A DNA stretch of 63,880 nt, the filler included, from Choristocarpus tenellus KU-1152 (Eukaryota > Protista > Phaeophyceae), in the NCBI GenBank assembly GCA_964200185.2. It is 11 parts of 11 records of this genome, joined end to end, with 100 filler letters (N's around TTAATTAATTAA, not from the genome) between each part and the next. Parts side by side here need not be neighbours in the genome. Positions count along the whole stretch, not along the records: positions 53,363 to 63,880 come from CAXNAD020002881.1; 10 more parts are not named here. One strand, given 5' to 3'. This document shows, in pieces, positions 60,402 through 63,880 of the stretch. Each line of letters starts with the position of its first letter. The stretch's first letter is position 1. Under the pieces are notes generated by a model, which did no database searches, had not been told where the DNA came from, and saw only the letters and a list, made by a program, of their open reading frames with translations. Both the position numbers and the translations under genes were made by a program.

Positions 60402-60527
60402 CTTGGAAATGAGGAACTCATTTCTCGACAATTGTATTCCAACGTCCTCTGGAGAGTCAGGAATTAGGATTGACAACGAGTACTTGAAGATGAACATCCC
60501 ATGTTCGAATATGACAAATATCCACAC
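60402..60527 (-). CDS. ANO: Anoctamin/TMEM16 exon
   Basis: VWIFVIFEHGMFIFKYSLSILIPDSPEDV (FEH…IPDxP motif). Confidence 0.93.
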
Positions 60528-60953
60528 CTTCAGAGCAGAAAAAGGGGGGTAGCAATTCTTTATGGTCAGAGGCACTTTCCTTACCAACTCCATTGGAAAG
60601 AGGGTGCGGACAGAAGGTCTGAAGGGTTCTTGAGATGCAAGCAAACTGTCTAGCTTGAGATGGGTGTGTGACTGTTCATCGGTTTGGTGGGGTGAAGAGC
60701 AATCTTCTGCACAAGGAACAAGGAACGATGGGGATACGAGATGGTGCATGCTGGGTAACAATGACATTTCACCCTGTGCAGTAAGGATTACTGCTCTTGA
60801 AAGATATGGACATTGATTCTCGAACTGTCTCTCTCAGTATGTGACAAAATGATCTTCATCGTTCTGAGATTCTTGCATTTTCCCTTCACTGTCATCTCTT
60901 GATACCTTACAAAAAAAAGATACTGAAAAAGTTTGATTTTTTTCTCAGTTTCA

Positions 60954-61134
60954 AACGTAGAGTATCTGGGAGAACATGGCGGCTGTCCATTTGAGGTCAA
61001 TTGTTGCATGTCGTAATTTTTGGGTGATTTGGTTCCATACGTCGGATGGATAATTTAAATGCACTTGTCCTGATTTTGGTTCAAATGGGCAACCTGGTGT
61101 AGACCCCCCCCCCCCACCCCAGATACTTTGGGTC
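60954..61134 (+). mobile_element. MITE family A, intronic
   Basis: Near-consensus copy with an eroded left tip. Confidence 0.88.
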
Positions 61135-61298
61135 TTCATCTCATGGAGCTGGCAGGGAATCTGTGGTTGCACTAGTTCAAGGTATTTCTTCAATCGATAC
61201 TGTACCAATATTGGTATACCATTCATTATGCATGGTGTATTGCATCAATAGTGGTTAACACACTCCTTAGACCAGCCGAAGATGATCCTTGAACCCAC

Positions 61299-61448
61299 CC
61301 TGTTTATCCAACTATAGTCATTGAAGAGCTCGCTTGTGAAGGCAATGGTAGCACTGTTGCTAACAACCGCCACTGCGGACATGATCTCGAGGATTGTTTG
61401 CCATGTGCCAATGTCTTCTGCTCCACGGGGTTCTGGTCGCCTTGTCAC
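61299..61448 (-). CDS. ANO: Anoctamin/TMEM16 exon
   Basis: VTRRPEPRGAEDIGTWQTILEIMSAVAVVSNSATIAFTS (RRP…DIGxW motif). Confidence 0.96.
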
Positions 61449-61626
61449 CTTCCATTTTGACCATTTTGATCAGTTTTGGATTGTTAGGGTTAGGTCTAGT
61501 TTGAGTTTATTTGACAAAAATTGTGGAGGATTGAAGTGCACATTCTACTATGTGGAAAATAAATGGTGAATCATCATGGTCTCACCTACTCTTCCGGTTC
61601 AGCACCAAACACTCTATCGATGTAGT

Positions 61627-61898
61627 GAGTCAAAGTAAACGAGAGATACCCAGAGTTGCATTTTATGGATGCTGACATATAATTACAATGTTCAACTTTT
61701 TTTACAAATGGTTATGGGATATTTTCTGAGTTGTGTCGAAATTTTTCAAACAATAGAGAGATATCAATGTCTTCAAGTCAAGCTTAGCACTTCATCCATT
61801 CAAATAATAATTTTATGGGTGAATTGCAAAAGATGATAAAGCTGTCTTTAAATGCAAGACGACCAAAACCTGGGGGTATCTCTCGTTTACTTTGACCA
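61627..61898 (+). mobile_element. MITE family C, uninterrupted copy (~270 bp), intronic
   Basis: TIRs GAGTCAAAGTAAACGAGAGATACCC…GGGTATCTCTCGTTTACTTTGACC. Confidence 0.85.
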
Positions 61899-62012
61899 AA
61901 TGATGATATGCTCTGAAGTATGCTCTATTCGTATTCGAGGCAATTGCTGGTATACATCAATAGAGTGTTGCAAGCTTACCAAAGTGAGCAGTAGCTATTT
62001 AACCCTAGTCAC

Positions 62013-62117
62013 CTGGCAGAGTTTCCAAGCATCAACACGTAGCTCAATGTAGTTGTTGACAAAGGCCAGGAGACACGACAGAGGATATGCTGCCACAAAT
62101 AATGTAGCGTAGCCAAA
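62013..62117 (-). CDS. ANO: Anoctamin/TMEM16 exon
   Basis: [35 protein letters not shown] (NNxxExRxD Ca2+-binding motif). Confidence 0.97.
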
Positions 62118-62435
62118 CTATATCCAGAGGTGAGGGAGGAGGTGGGCAGCTAATGTTGAGGTGGGGTTCCAATCAGGAGGTGCTATGGCTGTAGGTGGGA
62201 TCAAGCTGGGTCAGCGAGAATGACTACTCTTGGTGGTATAGATACATTACATCACTTTCTCATGGCTACCTTGTATCAAGTATTCCTGACTTTACATCTG
62301 AAAACAGTTTGATGTCCAGCACTTGCCCATTACGAAGAAAGTTTCCTATTCAAAGGACAGATTGCCCTTATCATTATTTTTCACATGCTAGCAAGTATTG
62401 AGTATGGACATATTTTAATATTGTACATGTGGGCA

Positions 62436-62606
62436 TCTCAACTTCATCTCACTTCATCTCAACCTCAATCTCAACCTCAATCTCAACCTCAATCTCAACC
62501 TCAATCACAGCCTTAATCACAACCTTGATCTCAACTTGATGTCAACCTTGACCTCAACCTTGACCTCAACCTCGATCTCAACTTCTTCTCATCTTAATCT
62601 CAACTC
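62436..62606. repeat. (CTCAAC/CTCAAT/CTTGAC)n hexamer repeat, intronic
   Basis: Directly visible. Confidence 0.9.
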
Positions 62607-62698
62607 CATCCTGCTGGCCGGTGCCTTGTGGAATGTGGCGGTACCTGTGGAGGCTCTGTCAATTTCATTCCAACGTTTTAGATTTTCATGTTGCAGAC

Positions 62699-62836
62699 CT
62701 GAATGATCATCTCTGCATAATCCTTGAATGTACCAAGCATAACATCGTATGTCTCCTTGATGAATTCCTGTTCTGCCACACTGAATTTGCGCTCAGGATC
62801 TGCACCCATTGTCTCCTCTTTTTCCTTCTTCCTTGC
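62699..62836 (-). CDS. ANO: Anoctamin/TMEM16 exon
   Basis: …AEQEFIKETYDVMLGTFKDYAEMIIQ (DYxEMxIQ|FG motif). Confidence 0.95.
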
Positions 62837-63285
62837 CTGCCGGAATGAGTTGGGATATCGACATTCTAGGTTTTAAACATGAGTGTTCTAGCTCCCAAAC
62901 ACAAGCAATAATCTTTAATTTCGAGCAACACCATGCATAAGCACCACTTCCTCCACAACAAACTAGAATATCCTGGAGAACCAACTTTGGCAATGCTCTT
63001 TCAAAGGAATTTTGTGCATGGTTCATACTTGTATTATATAACATATAATGACATTATTGGTTCTAGAACATTTCTTTTGTCTTTCCCACCTTACATGAGA
63101 GCAATCTTTGAACATTGGCCCTCGAGCAATTTGACCCTTTCTAAGAGTACAAGGCGTTGCAGAAAATTATGGGCATGTTTTTTTCTTCGTTTGTGATCCA
63201 TACCTTACCAACAATCACACGGCACTAGGTCAAACTCAATCAGATTCTAGCCCTCCACTTTTTTTCTGTGGGCATTTTTCTGTAC

Positions 63286-63391
63286 CTTAAGGATGGGTAT
63301 AATGACCTCGCCCACATTGCCTATGGCAAGCCGAGCCAGAAACATAGTGCCCAGATTGGTGCTGAGCTCATTCATGCATGAGACCAGACAC
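63286..63391 (-). CDS. ANO: Anoctamin/TMEM16 exon
   Basis: CLVSCMNELSTNLGTMFLARLAIGNVGEVIIPILK (CMxEL…NxxE…P motif). Confidence 0.92.
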
Positions 63392-63465
63392 CTTGAAGGT
63401 TCATGGTGAAGTGCAATGGCTACGTTGAGGGCGAAAATAGACACATGCTCATCTTCACGTCTTCT

Positions 63466-63530
63466 AATGTCATCACACACAATATCATCACACACAATGT
63501 CATCACACACAATGTCATCACACACAATGT
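63466..63530. repeat. 15-bp tandem repeat (AATGTCATCACACAC) x4, intronic
   Basis: Directly visible. Confidence 0.9.
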
Positions 63531-63787
63531 AGAGGTGCTCAGTAGTGCCACTACAGCTTTCAGTCAGGAATGGGTGAGTATGGAAGTAGTTGCTGAGGAT
63601 TGGAGATGGCATCACACAGTTTAGTAGAGGTTTTAAGGTGCAGGGGGGATGGGGGGAATGTTTGTTGCAACATGTACACGTAAAAAAAAACTTTGCTGTT
63701 GCTAGGTGGTATTCTCTGTACACATGACACCCTGCTAGCTGTATTTCACTGCGAGCTGTTTGTGGAAAGCAGTACAAGTGCCACAAT

Positions 63788-63880
63788 GGGTCAAAGTATC
63801 TGGGGGTGGGGGGGGGGGGGTGGTTTGTGAGGGGGGGTCCATTTCGGTCAAACAACTTTTTTTTTTGCTGACATTTCAAA
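63788..63880 (+). mobile_element. MITE family A-like left end (cut by window edge)
   Basis: GGGTCAAAGTATCTGGGGG…GTCCATTT. Confidence 0.7.

Noticed and set aside
63247-63879. Longest ORF (210 aa) with a DDIVC repeat
   Set aside because: It is read-through of a MITE end and an intronic 15-bp repeat; only 63286-63391 is a real exon.

Overview
This is eukaryotic nuclear DNA, and it is not one locus. Eleven short contigs are joined by ten artificial 100-bp linkers (44 N + TTAATTAATTAA + 44 N), so adjacency across linkers has no biological meaning. Intron-dense genes, TTAGGG-like repeats and the type of Zn2Cys6 protein suggest a photosynthetic stramenopile, probably a brown alga or close relative (inference). 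Almost every entry in the ORF track is spurious; the real genes appear only after splicing short GT-AG exons by hand. Genes found: a ~13-kb minus-strand Gal4-type Zn(II)2Cys6 transcription-factor gene, five exons of glutamate synthase, two TOR FAT-domain exons, the last six exons of an anoctamin/TMEM16 gene, the 3' part of TMEM115, a sulfotransferase fragment, and a tRNA-Leu(AAG) gene lying antisense in the last anoctamin intron. Repeats: about 20 copies of three MITE families sharing a GAGTCAAAGTA terminus with 3-bp target-site duplications (several nested), a ~447-bp-arm inverted repeat made from a decayed DIRS/Ngaro-like reverse transcriptase, gag and piggyBac-like remnants, and several minisatellites. 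I cannot support a wholly new biological system here. The best leads are the Zn2Cys6 protein, a CpG-rich 5' end versus a CpG-depleted gene body (possible methylation footprint), an unusually high rate of AAG|GT splice acceptors, the MITE trio, and the fold-back locus. All family assignments come from motif recognition by eye, not database searches.
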